Assembly (NCBI GenBank): GCA_913060615.1
Contig: CAJXUL010000001.1
Span: 6,391-70,390, forward strand
Direction: 5' to 3'
Source of the DNA: an uncultured Gammaproteobacteria bacterium
GTDB taxonomy: Bacteria; Pseudomonadota; Gammaproteobacteria; Pseudomonadales; Azotimanducaceae
DNA: 64,000 nucleotides
The notes under the pieces are model-generated. The model searched no databases, had not been told where the DNA came from, and saw nothing but the letters and a program-made list of their open reading frames with translations. Position 1 is the first letter of the stretch; the number at the start of each line of letters is the position of its first letter. Shown one piece after another: positions 13,104-25,701 of the stretch. The translations under genes and the position numbers were made by a program.

Positions 13104-13370
13104 TTAATTTGATTTATATATATTTAAGATTTTATTGTTGTTTGTTATTGAGGGAGAAGATCTACTGTATAAGTAGGCTAATGTCCTGATTATTATGGGT
13201 TTTGCGGGGATTAAAGCTTGTGGGTAAATGGTGTTCCTACTATGTACAGGTAGATGGGTAATTATGTATAAAAAGTTATCCACAGGTTCTTAAACGTTTT
13301 GCACACAACTTATTCATTAGCCAGCTCACTTTATACCCCTGGAACCAAGCGTTAAGTCGTTGATATAAAA
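13104..13370. other. Probable replication origin oriC
   Basis: Lies between rpmH and dnaA. AT-rich tract about 13104-13150, GATC at 13159, perfect DnaA box TTATCCACA at 13276-13284, one-mismatch boxes at 13219-13227 and 13263-13271, IHF-consensus match at 13353-13365. Gene orientation flips here. Confidence 0.8.
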
Positions 13371-13715
13371 AGATAAGGCGAACACATTTTACTTTTTTTT
13401 CTGATTGCGTAGTACTTAGGCTGTGCATGGGCATAGAATTGCACCCTAAGCGGATGGATGACAAAAGTAAGATTATTCCTATTTAGATCTATTTGAGAAA
13501 AAAGCACCCAACTGGAGCGACGCAGTAGCCATTGCTCGGTAGGGACACAGTTCTCAAAATAGGAAACAGAGACAAAGACAGAGTTGAGTCTAAATTGAGT
13601 GAAATAAGAAGTTTCTGAAAAGAGACTATTTAGTAAATCTAAATGTTGGCAGGGGAAGGTTGCAGGCCAGGAACCTTTCAAACACAAGAATAATGAATGC
13701 AGAGGATGCTTGTAG

Positions 13716-15035
13716 GTGGCAAAAACTATTTGGCAACAGTGCTTAGGGCAACTTGAATCAGAGTTGGCGAACGAGCAGTTCGATACATACATCCGCCCGT
13801 TACACGCGGAATATGATGATGGTCGCCTGACTCTTCTTGCGCCTAATATTTATGTAGAAGAAAAAGTTCGCTCAAGCTACTTAGAAAGAATAAGTGAATA
13901 TTTCGACGGTGCTCTGGACAATTCCGAGGTTAATTTGTCAGTAGGGGGTGTTATAGAAGCGCAACCTCTACGTGTTGAAGCTAAATCGGTTATTAGTCCG
14001 GTGTCACGCATTGCGGGTCACAATTTGAACAGAGAATTTACTTTTGACACCTTTGTTGAGGGTAAATCAAATGAAATGGCCAAAGCCGCTGCTTCCCAGG
14101 TGGCCAATAATTCAGGCAAGTCTTATAACCCCTTGCTTATGTACGGCGGTGTTGGTTTAGGTAAGACCCACCTAATGCAGGCCGTAGGCAACGAGATTTT
14201 GCGCATTAAGCCAGAGGCGAATGTGCTATATCTGCACTCTCAACGTTTTGTACAAGACATGGTAAAAGCCCTGCAAACCGGCACTATGCAGGATTTTATG
14301 CAGTATTACCGGTCGATAGACGCATTATTAATAGATGATATTCAGTTCTTTGCGAAGAAGCTAAGATCGCAGGAAGAATTTTTTCACCTGTTTAACTCAT
14401 TGATAGAGCGCGGCGCTCAGATGATTTTGACCAGCGATAAGTACCCTCGAGAAATTGATGGGTTGGAAGACAGACTTAAATCGCGCTTTGTGTGGGGTTT
14501 AACAGTAGAAGTAGAAGCGCCTGATTTGGAAACGCGAGTTGCTATATTAATGAAAAAAGCTGAGGCAGATGAAGTTGCCTTAGACCATGAGGTGGCTTTT
14601 TTTATTGCTGAGCGCATTAGATCTAATGTTCGTGAGTTAGAAGGTGCTTTGCGGCGCGTGATAGCTAATGCGCGATTTACAGGCAGTCGCATTTCTATTG
14701 AGCAAGTGCGTCGCGCCTTACGCGATTTGTTTGCTATTCAAGATCGGCAGATTTCAATTGATAATATTCAACGCACTACAGCAGAATATTTTAATATTAA
14801 GATAGGTGACTTATTATCTAAGCGCCGCAATAGATCGATAGCTAGGCCGCGGCAGTTAGCTATGGCCTTAGCAAAAGAGTTAACTAATCATTCGTTGCCT
14901 GAAATCGGTGACGCGTTTGGTGGTAGAGACCACACAACAGTTTTGCATGCTTGTAGAAAGGTTGTAGAACTTAGAAGTACGTCCTTAGATATAGCGGAAG
15001 ATTACAAAAATTTGTCACGACTTTTGTCGGGCTAG
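13716..15035 (+). CDS. dnaA: Chromosomal replication initiator
   Basis: [39 protein letters not shown]; GTG start. Confidence 0.99.
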   Translation: MAKTIWQQCLGQLESELANEQFDTYIRPLHAEYDDGRLTLLAPNIYVEEKVRSSYLERISEYFDGALDNSEVNLSVGGVIEAQPLRVEAKSVISPVSRIAGHNLNREFTFDTFVEGKSNEMAKAAASQVANNSGKSYNPLLMYGGVGLGKTHLMQAVGNEILRIKPEANVLYLHSQRFVQDMVKALQTGTMQDFMQYYRSIDALLIDDIQFFAKKLRSQEEFFHLFNSLIERGAQMILTSDKYPREIDGLEDRLKSRFVWGLTVEVEAPDLETRVAILMKKAEADEVALDHEVAFFIAERIRSNVRELEGALRRVIANARFTGSRISIEQVRRALRDLFAIQDRQISIDNIQRTTAEYFNIKIGDLLSKRRNRSIARPRQLAMALAKELTNHSLPEIGDAFGGRDHTTVLHACRKVVELRSTSLDIAEDYKNLSRLLSG

Positions 15036-15045
15036 TGAGGCAAGA

Positions 15046-16152
15046 ATGAAATTCACATTACAAAGAGAACAACTGTTAAAGCCACTCCAATTGGTTACGG
15101 GCGTGGTGGAACGCCGTCAAACATTACCAGTTTTGTCGAACTTGCTTGTTCAAGCTGGGGAAAATGGGATCTCACTAACGGGTACTGACTTAGAAGTTGA
15201 GATGGTTGCCCATTGCAATGTTGAAGTTCAAGAAGCCGGAGAAGTGACCATTCCCGCAAGGAAGTTAGCTGACATTTGGCGTTCGTTGCCAGATGGTGCT
15301 GAGGTTTCTTTGTCTGTTGAGGGCGACAGGGTCACCATTCGTAGTGGCAGAAGCCGTTTTACACTTGCAACGCTACCAGCAAGTGACTTTCCTAAAGTGG
15401 AAGGTGGGGATGCTGACATTCTCGTGCCCCTAGAACCAACTGCGCTTGCAGGTTTAATAGACCAAGTTTCTTTCGCTATGGCTCAACAAGATGTAAGAGT
15501 CTTTTTAAATGGCATGCTGTTGGAAATTGGCAATGACTATATTCGAGCTGTTGCTACGGATGGTCACCGTATGGCTATGTCTACCAAGCCTTGTACGCCA
15601 GAAACGCCACTAGAAAGTCGTAAGCAGGCAATTGTTCCAAGAAAAGCTGTCCTAGAGTTAGGTCGCTTACTAGATGAAGAGGACGAGGAGCTGAAGCTTC
15701 AGCTGGGTACGAATCATCTTAGGGTAACTAAAGGAGCTTTTACGTTGACAACAAAATTAGTCGACGGGCAGTTTCCGGATTACGATAAGGTTGTTCCGAA
15801 GGATGCGTCCCGTGCAATTGCTGGTGATAGGAACACGCTGCGACAGGGCTTTCAGCGCGCATCAATCCTTTCAAACGAGAAGTATCGCGGTGTTCGTCTG
15901 GTAGTTGCAGATGACCAGATGACGATAAAGGCTAATAATCCTGAACAGGATGAGGCTGAAGAAACCGTACCAGTAGAGTTTAGCGGCGAGCAGCTGGAAA
16001 TAGGTTTCAATGTAAGTTACCTATTGGATGTGTTGAGCGTTCTATCTGGAGACGACGTTCAGATAAGTGTGTCAGATGCAAATAGCTCGGCTCTGCTGGA
16101 AGACCCAGCAAAGGAAGGTGCTGTGTATGTCGTTATGCCTATGAGGCTGTAG
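15046..16152 (+). CDS. dnaN: DNA polymerase III beta clamp
   Basis: MKFTLQREQLLKPLQLV, ATDGHRM, C-terminal VVMPMRL. Confidence 0.99.
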   Translation: MKFTLQREQLLKPLQLVTGVVERRQTLPVLSNLLVQAGENGISLTGTDLEVEMVAHCNVEVQEAGEVTIPARKLADIWRSLPDGAEVSLSVEGDRVTIRSGRSRFTLATLPASDFPKVEGGDADILVPLEPTALAGLIDQVSFAMAQQDVRVFLNGMLLEIGNDYIRAVATDGHRMAMSTKPCTPETPLESRKQAIVPRKAVLELGRLLDEEDEELKLQLGTNHLRVTKGAFTLTTKLVDGQFPDYDKVVPKDASRAIAGDRNTLRQGFQRASILSNEKYRGVRLVVADDQMTIKANNPEQDEAEETVPVEFSGEQLEIGFNVSYLLDVLSVLSGDDVQISVSDANSSALLEDPAKEGAVYVVMPMRL

Positions 16153-16178
16153 CAGACTTATAGTTTTAGGATCTCTTT

Positions 16179-17279
16179 TTGCGTTTATTAAACGTCACTG
16201 CCTTTTCGTTTCGGAATATAGATCAAATTACACTAGATCTTGGCGCTGGGTTTAACCTCATATATGGCGACAATGGCGCAGGGAAAACTGCGTTATTGGA
16301 GGCTATATATCTTATTGCGCGGAGCCGATCTTTCCGTACAACCAAATTAAAAAACATTGTTAAAGCTGACTTAAAAGAAGCTTGCGTCAGAGCCGAGGTG
16401 ACTAATGAGGCGGGGCAGGTACGTGCTTTAGCGGTGGCAAAATCGTTGAATGGTACGTCAGAGCTTAGGATTGATGGGGAAAGTGTTAAGAAATCCTCTG
16501 ATCTTGCTAGATTTCTGCCGGTACAAGTTCTGCTTCCTGGTGTGATAGATCTCGTTTTAGACGGCCCCAACGCGCGACGCGAGTTTTTGGACTGGGGTTT
16601 GTTTCACGTGGAACATGCATTTCTAGATGTTTCTAAACGCTATAAGCGAGTTCTTACCCAAAGGGCCGCGTGGATGAAAGCAAATCAGAGCAGCGCCTTT
16701 GAAGAAGACCCCTGGGCCGGCCAGCTTGTAGCCGGCGGAGTTCAGATAACCAAGTGGCGAAATGCCTTTCTTGACGAAATGAATCCGTACTTTGAACAGA
16801 TGCTGCGGTTGTTAGATCCGGACTTATCTTGCTCTTTAGCCTACATAGATGGTGGGTATGGACAAGGCGAGGAAGAGGGCAAACAAAAGCTGGCCAACGG
16901 GTTTGCCCGGGATTTACGCTTTGGTGTCAGCCACTATGGCCCGCATCGAGCCGACTTAGAGTTTAGGTTTAATGGATCTACAGCAAGGGACATCGCATCT
17001 AGAGGTCAGGCTAAGATTATTGCCAGCGCCGTGACCTTGGCACACGCAGCACTGTTGGCAAAAGCTTATGAGAAAAAACCTGTCATCCTCATAGATGACT
17101 TTGGTGCAGAGTTGGACGAAGATCGCAGACAGAACTTCTTAATGGCGCTAATGTCTTTAGACTGTCAGGTCATCGCAACGTCTACAGATGCGCCGACCGA
17201 CCTGCTGGAGCATAAGGTTTTAGAGGAAATTGAAGTGTTCCACGTGAAACACGGTGCACTGACCACAGATTCGCACTAA
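16179..17279 (+). CDS. recF: DNA replication/repair protein RecF
   Basis: GDNGAGKT, GPHRADL, SRGQAK, ILIDD; lies between dnaN and gyrB. Confidence 0.96.
   Translation: MRLLNVTAFSFRNIDQITLDLGAGFNLIYGDNGAGKTALLEAIYLIARSRSFRTTKLKNIVKADLKEACVRAEVTNEAGQVRALAVAKSLNGTSELRIDGESVKKSSDLARFLPVQVLLPGVIDLVLDGPNARREFLDWGLFHVEHAFLDVSKRYKRVLTQRAAWMKANQSSAFEEDPWAGQLVAGGVQITKWRNAFLDEMNPYFEQMLRLLDPDLSCSLAYIDGGYGQGEEEGKQKLANGFARDLRFGVSHYGPHRADLEFRFNGSTARDIASRGQAKIIASAVTLAHAALLAKAYEKKPVILIDDFGAELDEDRRQNFLMALMSLDCQVIATSTDAPTDLLEHKVLEEIEVFHVKHGALTTDSH
16600..16615. promoter_or_regulatory. parS site within recF
   Basis: TGTTTCACGTGGAACA matches the 16-bp bacterial parS consensus. Confidence 0.85.
17236..17251. promoter_or_regulatory. 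Second parS site within recF
   Basis: TGTTCCACGTGAAACA matches the 16-bp parS consensus. Confidence 0.85.
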
Positions 17280-19790
<2,511 letters not shown>

Positions 19791-19873
19791 AGTAGTCTCA
19801 ACAGGGATGCCCAGAGTTTTAAGCTACTGGGTGTCAGAGTGCATTTACTGCATAACAACTTAGAGAACTGTTT

Positions 19874-20512
19874 ATGGCTGCCCACTCCGAAACTGTGCTT
19901 AAAGTCCCCTCCAAGCAAACGCAAAAAGAAAAGGCAAAAGACAAAAATCGTTGCAGTTGGTGTAGTGGTAGCGAATTATATGAAAACTATCACGATGAAG
20001 AATGGGGTGCTCCGCTTAAAGATCCAGCAGATCTTTTTGAGCTGCTAATTTTAGAAGGTATGCAAGCGGGCCTTTCTTGGATTACGGTTCTAAATAAGCG
20101 TAAACATATGCAAAGGCTGTTTTTTGGCTTCGATATGTCTAAGCTGGCCGCCGCAAAGCCTGAAGATGTTGAATCTTGGCTTTTGGATGCGGGTATTATT
20201 CGTCACCGAGGCAAATTAAACGCCATGATCGGTAACGCCAAGAGCGCTTTAGATATTGAAGACTTTAGCGCCTTTTTATGGCAGTTTGCGCCGCCTAAGC
20301 CGCGCAAGAGCAAAAAATTTGATGTGCCAGTACAAACCGACGAATCAAACGCAATGTCAAAGGCGTTAAAAGCTAAAGGTTTTCGTTTTGTCGGCCCAAC
20401 AATTTGTTATGCCTTTATGCAAAGTTCCGGCATGGTGAACGATCACATTGCAGATTGCTGGCGTTATACGGATTGCCAAAAAATGCTAAAGATGGCATTA
20501 GAAACAACTTAA
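19874..20512 (+). CDS. tag: DNA-3-methyladenine glycosylase I
   Basis: RCSWC, YHDEEWG, LEGMQAGLSW, FVGPTICYAFMQ, NDH. Confidence 0.95.
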   Translation: MAAHSETVLKVPSKQTQKEKAKDKNRCSWCSGSELYENYHDEEWGAPLKDPADLFELLILEGMQAGLSWITVLNKRKHMQRLFFGFDMSKLAAAKPEDVESWLLDAGIIRHRGKLNAMIGNAKSALDIEDFSAFLWQFAPPKPRKSKKFDVPVQTDESNAMSKALKAKGFRFVGPTICYAFMQSSGMVNDHIADCWRYTDCQKMLKMALETT

Positions 20513-20534
20513 CCTGGCAGACGTTCAACGCCTA

Positions 20535-21464
20535 TTGGTTGAGCTTTCATTAGCTTGTTGGAGAATTTTTTTGGCTACCTTCTTTCGGTGGAGCTTTTGG
20601 TTACTGAGCCTTATACCACCTCGTTGGGCGGTAGTTATTGGTCGTGGCTTCGCGCGCCTGCTGATCTTTCTTAATGCTGATTCTTATCGAGTCAGCAAAA
20701 TAAATATAGATCATTGTTTTCCGCACAAAAGCGACCAGCAACGAGCACAAATCGTCTTTCATTCTCTTGCCCAAACGGCTTTGTTGCCTATCGAATTTGC
20801 TCACCTGTTGCACCGACCTATTGACGCTTTAATGGCTCAAATTGTCAGTGTTGAAGGAGAAGATTTGTTGCGCGACGCGTGGTCTGAAGGTAACGGCGTA
20901 TTAATGCTCATGCCGCACTTTGGATGCTGGGAATTTATGAGTCTTTATTTAGGCAGCGATTATACCGTTTCGGCCCTATATACGCCTCCCAACCTAGCCT
21001 CCTTGGAACCAACTATTCTTCAAGCGAGGGAGCGCCAAGGCGCGACGCTATTTCCAACCGGCGCTGCAGGTTTGCGGGGCTTGGTTAGAGGTATGAAACA
21101 GGGTCACGTGGTGGTGTTGTTACCCGATCAAGTACCTACCGGCGAAGGCGGCGGCGTGATGAGCAAATTTTTTGCGCAAGATGCGTTAACAATGTCTTTG
21201 GCGAAGAGAATAGCCAAAGTAGGCCAGCCAAAAATAATTATGGGCTGTGCATGGAGAACAATTGATAAGTCTGGCATAGGCTACAATATTTCTTTTGTAT
21301 TGCCAGAGACTGGGATATCTAGTTCAGACGATGAAGTTTACGCAGCAGCTTTAAACAATAGTGTGCAAAAGATCGCAGAAAAAGATTTAGCCCAATACCA
21401 GTGGACGTATAAACGCTTTCGTCGCTTGGGCCCTGATAAAGCGGATATTTATCGGCGCCAATAG
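20535..21464 (+). CDS. Lipid A biosynthesis acyltransferase (LpxL/HtrB family)
   Basis: PHFGCWE, LLPDQ, QYQWTYKRF; start uncertain. Confidence 0.85.
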   Translation: MVELSLACWRIFLATFFRWSFWLLSLIPPRWAVVIGRGFARLLIFLNADSYRVSKINIDHCFPHKSDQQRAQIVFHSLAQTALLPIEFAHLLHRPIDALMAQIVSVEGEDLLRDAWSEGNGVLMLMPHFGCWEFMSLYLGSDYTVSALYTPPNLASLEPTILQARERQGATLFPTGAAGLRGLVRGMKQGHVVVLLPDQVPTGEGGGVMSKFFAQDALTMSLAKRIAKVGQPKIIMGCAWRTIDKSGIGYNISFVLPETGISSSDDEVYAAALNNSVQKIAEKDLAQYQWTYKRFRRLGPDKADIYRRQ

Positions 21465-22894
21465 GCGGGGGTAAGTAATACTAAGAGTGTGAAAATCTCT
21501 AACCGGCCCAACATCATGTTGAACATAAGCACCCACTTTACGTCCGCATCTAATCCCGAATAGTTCATGGCAACGTCTCCAAGCCCTGGGCCAAGATTAT
21601 TCAAACTGGCGCCAACGGCTGAAAAGGCGGTCAAAAAGTCTAAGTCACTCATACCCATAATGACCGTTATCGAGAGCAGAAACAGCAATACATAAACGCT
21701 GAAAAAACTCCAAACAGCTTCGATAAGGCGATCGGGCACGGGTGTTTTGCCAAGTTTAATTGGGAAAACACCGTTAGGGTGAATTAGGCGTTTGACCTCG
21801 CGCATACCCTGCAAGTAAATCATTACCACCCGAATCATCTTAATGCCGCCGGCAGTAGAACCCGCACAGCCACCGACAAAAGCTGCAAGTAGTAGCATCA
21901 CTGGTGCAACTGACGGCCATTGGGAAAAGTCCTGAGTGACGAATCCAGTTGTTGTGGTGATAGAAATAGTTTGAAAAATACCATCGCGGATGGGTGAAAC
22001 GCTATCCGGCGTATTGGTCAGGAGAATGCTGCAGACCACTATGCCAATGAGTACTAAAAACGTCAGATAAGCGCGAACCTCAAAGTCTTGAAAGTAATGA
22101 AATGGATTACGTCGTCGCCAAACCAAAAAGTGCAGGCCAAAGTTAACACCGGATAAAACCATAAATAAACAGGCGACGGCCTCAATGGCGCCACTGTCAA
22201 AAAATCCCATGCTCGCATCGTGGGTAGAAAACCCGCCAATAGCTACGGTTGCGAAACTATGGCTGATGGCGTCGAAAGCCGTCATACCCGCCACCCAATA
22301 GGCTAGCGCGCAGGAAACAGTTAACCCTAGATAAATATACCAAAGGGCTTTTGCCGTTTCGGTAATCCTTGGAGTTAGTTTGTTGTCTTTCACCGGGCCA
22401 GGGGATTCTGTTCGGTACAGCTGCATGCCGCCAATGCCTAGCATTGGGAAAATGGCCACAGCCAGAACGATGATGCCCATGCCACCAAACCATTGTAGAA
22501 GCTGGCGGTAAAAGAGCAGAGATTTAGGTAAATCATCAAGGCCAACCAAAATAGTTGCGCCGGTGGTGGTTAAACCAGACATAGACTCAAATGCTGCATC
22601 GGTAAATGACAACTGTGTGGCAGGGTCGATATAAAATGGGATGGCGCCAAAGATACCCAAGCCGATATAAAACAGAGCTGTAATTAGAAAACCGTCACCG
22701 CCGCGCAATTCTCGGTTGCCTCGAAGCGGTAACCAGAGCACTAAACCGCTTATCAGGGTAACGAAAAATGCGCTGATAAATGTACTTGTGTTGCCCTCGT
22801 CGAAGGCCAGGGCAACAATAATAGGCAACAAAAACGTAAAGCTGAAAAAGGTCAGCAGCGTGCCGGTAACTCGAAAAATAACAGATAGGTGCAT
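21449..22894 (-). CDS. trkH: Trk potassium uptake permease
   Basis: Four pore motifs (SGLTTTG, VAIGGFS, TTTGF, NNLGPGLG) and GRLEIFT. Confidence 0.96.
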   Translation of the reverse strand: MHLSVIFRVTGTLLTFFSFTFLLPIIVALAFDEGNTSTFISAFFVTLISGLVLWLPLRGNRELRGGDGFLITALFYIGLGIFGAIPFYIDPATQLSFTDAAFESMSGLTTTGATILVGLDDLPKSLLFYRQLLQWFGGMGIIVLAVAIFPMLGIGGMQLYRTESPGPVKDNKLTPRITETAKALWYIYLGLTVSCALAYWVAGMTAFDAISHSFATVAIGGFSTHDASMGFFDSGAIEAVACLFMVLSGVNFGLHFLVWRRRNPFHYFQDFEVRAYLTFLVLIGIVVCSILLTNTPDSVSPIRDGIFQTISITTTTGFVTQDFSQWPSVAPVMLLLAAFVGGCAGSTAGGIKMIRVVMIYLQGMREVKRLIHPNGVFPIKLGKTPVPDRLIEAVWSFFSVYVLLFLLSITVIMGMSDLDFLTAFSAVGASLNNLGPGLGDVAMNYSGLDADVKWVLMFNMMLGRLEIFTLLVLLTPAYWRR

Positions 22895-22912
22895 ATTTTT
22901 TGTTGTTCTTCC

Positions 22913-24286
22913 TTAGAAGAACGTCAATCCGACTTGAAACAATCGCTCAACTGCCCGGACCTGAGTTTTATCAACCATAAATAAAATCACATGGTCGTCA
23001 GATACAACGATGACGTCATCGTGGGCGATAAGAACACTCTCGCCTCTGACAAGGGCGCCGATGGTGACGCCAACCGGAAGTTTAATTTCGCTTATTTTAC
23101 GCCCCACCACTTTCGAGCTTTTGGCATCGCCATGGGCTATAGCCTCCATGGCCTCAGCTGCACCGCGGCGCAAACTATGAACTCGAGCCACGTCTGCTCG
23201 CCTAACATAGGATAAAACGGTGCTGATGGTTGCCTGTTGTGGAGAGATTGCGACATCTATTTCACCACCTTGGACCAAATCAACGTAAGCCGGTTTGGTG
23301 ATCAGTGTAATGACTTGCCTAACGCCCAACCGCTTGGCCATAAGCGAAGACATAATATTAACTTCGTCGTCGTTGGTCAGCGCGCAAAAAGCATCGCACT
23401 GTTCAATGTTTTCTTCTAACAACAAATCCCTGTCGGTGGCGTCGCCGTGGATGACTACTGCCTTGTCCAATTGTTCTGCTAACTTAGCGGCGCGGGGTCT
23501 GGAATATTCGACAACTTTCACAGCATATTCATTTTCAATAGACGCAGCTAAGCGCGCGCCGATGTTGCCCCCGCCGACAATCATCACACGTCGGTAAGGC
23601 TGCTCTGCTTTGCGCAATTCTCCCATAACGGCGCTGATGTGTTCGCGCGCGGCAATGAAAAAGACTTCGTCATCCGTCTCAATAACGGTACTGCCCTCGG
23701 GCATGATTGACTGACCGCGTCGAAAGATGGCGGCAACCCGAGTGTCTACCTTAGGCATGTGCTTGCGCAGAAGACTTAATGCGTGACCAACTAAGGGGCC
23801 ATCGTGATAAGCGCGCATAGCCACCAATTGGGCTCTACCATCGGCAAAGTCTAAAACGTCTAGCGCTCCGGGGTGACTGAGTAGCTCATGTATTTGGTCC
23901 GTGACTACCTGCTCCGGATTAATCAGGCGGTCGATGGGCATATGGTTTTTGTGGAAAAAACCTTCTTTACTTAGATAGGCAGAAGATCGAATTCGGGCAA
24001 TTTTCATGGGTGTACGAAAAACTGAATAGCAAACCTGGCAAGCAACCATGTTGATTTCGTCGCTTGAGGTCACGGCAATGAGCATGTCCGCATCATCGGC
24101 ACCGGCTTTACGCAACACATCTGGGTGTGAGGCTGAACCTTCAATGGTTTGGATATCCAAGCGACTGCCCAGTTCGTGTAGGCGCTCACTATTTTGATCG
24201 ACCAAGGTAATATCAAAAGATTCTTTAGCTAGACTCTCCGCCAGTGTTCCCCCCACCTGTCCGGCGCCTAAAATAAGAATTTTCAT
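22913..24286 (-). CDS. trkA: Trk NAD-binding subunit
   Basis: Two GxGxxG RCK domains (GAGQVG, GGGNIG), 457 aa. Confidence 0.97.
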   Translation of the reverse strand: MKILILGAGQVGGTLAESLAKESFDITLVDQNSERLHELGSRLDIQTIEGSASHPDVLRKAGADDADMLIAVTSSDEINMVACQVCYSVFRTPMKIARIRSSAYLSKEGFFHKNHMPIDRLINPEQVVTDQIHELLSHPGALDVLDFADGRAQLVAMRAYHDGPLVGHALSLLRKHMPKVDTRVAAIFRRGQSIMPEGSTVIETDDEVFFIAAREHISAVMGELRKAEQPYRRVMIVGGGNIGARLAASIENEYAVKVVEYSRPRAAKLAEQLDKAVVIHGDATDRDLLLEENIEQCDAFCALTNDDEVNIMSSLMAKRLGVRQVITLITKPAYVDLVQGGEIDVAISPQQATISTVLSYVRRADVARVHSLRRGAAEAMEAIAHGDAKSSKVVGRKISEIKLPVGVTIGALVRGESVLIAHDDVIVVSDDHVILFMVDKTQVRAVERLFQVGLTFF

Positions 24287-25701
24287 ATCCTTTTAACCTT
24301 ACTCAGGCCCGCATAATAAAAACCGTCAGTACTCTTTTCCAACGGTAACAGTTGCCAGCCCAATGAGGTAGCGCTGCCATATTTCATGTCCAAGACAACC
24401 GACTTTGCGTCGGATTGAGTATTGATAAACTTCTCTATCACTTGATCGTTTTCTTCTGCGAAAATGGAACAGGTCGAATACAGCAGAGTACCCCCCTCTT
24501 TTAGCCTGCGCCATAGGTTGTGTAGCAACTGTAGCTGCAGATCTTGGTGGGCCGCTAAGTGATCAGCCTGCATCAGTAAGCGAATATCTGGGTTGCGACG
24601 AATCGTACCGCTGCCCGAGCATGGTGCGTCTAGCAATATGCTGTCGAAATGCAGATCGCCACAGCAACCTTCAACGGTCGCATCTGCGCACAACATGGTG
24701 AGTCGAGGGTCGTCACTGTGACCCAGCCGAGAGCCAATGATTTTAGTCTCGTCTAAGCGTTTCTTTTTGTTATCCAGCGCAAACAATTGGTGGGTTTTGA
24801 ACCGCGCACTCAGGCGTTCGTGTAGGTGGAATAGTTTGCCGCCAGGAGCCGCGCAAGCATCAAGGATACTTGGCCCTGCAATATGTGGTGGCAGCAAAGA
24901 CATTAGCGTATCTGCTGCAAGTTGAGCTGAGAGATCTTGCACTGCTGCTTCACCGTCAGACCAACTAGGCAGAGTTTCCGCGTTTTGTGGGATATCAAGA
25001 ATGACTGTCTCAGCCATGCTGGTCTCATTAAAAACGATGTCGTCTTCCCGGAGCTTGGCTTTATAGAACCCAGGTTCTACCTTGGTGGTATTTATGCGTA
25101 GTGTCATCGGTGCACGCTGGCTATTAGCGATCACAAGCCCTTGCCATTGCGCAGGATATTGCGCTTCTAGTTTTTCTCTCAACCAAGCGGGATGGTCGGC
25201 GGTTGCGCTGGCAAGTGCAGAGTACTCATCTTGCTGCTGATCTTTTTGGACAGCCTCCGCAGCTCTTTGTAGTTGCCTAAGCACTGCGTTGATCAAACCT
25301 TTGGCCCAGGGTTTGCCCAAGACTATGCTAGCGTTAACGCTCTCATTGATGACGGCATAGCTGGCTATGCCGGTGTATTTCAGTTGGTAGGCGCCCACTA
25401 TTAAAAGATGGAATAGATCTCTATCTTTGTCACGCATGGGTTTTTTGAGCAGCTCAGTGACTGAGCGCTGCAATGAAAGGTAATGGCGAGTTGCGCCGTA
25501 AATCAGTTCTCTGTGCAGTGGTGTTGCAATCCAAGGTGACTTTTCCGCTCTTATCCAATCTATGGTTCGGCCACCCTCAATAATATGCTGGAGTGCTTTA
25601 CACACCTCCATACGTGTTCGAGCGCTTTCGTTTTTCTTATTCAGACCCACCTTTGATTTGGGGTCTTGGGCTGCTCCTTTGGTATGCCAGGAAAAACTCA
25701 T
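24283..25701 (-). CDS. rsmB: 16S rRNA m5C967 methyltransferase
   Basis: NusB-like N-terminus, DACAAPGGK, LDAPCSGSG, YSTCS. Confidence 0.95.
   Translation of the reverse strand: MSFSWHTKGAAQDPKSKVGLNKKNESARTRMEVCKALQHIIEGGRTIDWIRAEKSPWIATPLHRELIYGATRHYLSLQRSVTELLKKPMRDKDRDLFHLLIVGAYQLKYTGIASYAVINESVNASIVLGKPWAKGLINAVLRQLQRAAEAVQKDQQQDEYSALASATADHPAWLREKLEAQYPAQWQGLVIANSQRAPMTLRINTTKVEPGFYKAKLREDDIVFNETSMAETVILDIPQNAETLPSWSDGEAAVQDLSAQLAADTLMSLLPPHIAGPSILDACAAPGGKLFHLHERLSARFKTHQLFALDNKKKRLDETKIIGSRLGHSDDPRLTMLCADATVEGCCGDLHFDSILLDAPCSGSGTIRRNPDIRLLMQADHLAAHQDLQLQLLHNLWRRLKEGGTLLYSTCSIFAEENDQVIEKFINTQSDAKSVVLDMKYGSATSLGWQLLPLEKSTDGFYYAGLSKVKRI

Noticed and set aside
13352-13792. 146-aa minus-strand ORF
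   Set aside because: It spans the origin/dnaA promoter, overlaps dnaA antisense and has no protein-like motifs.
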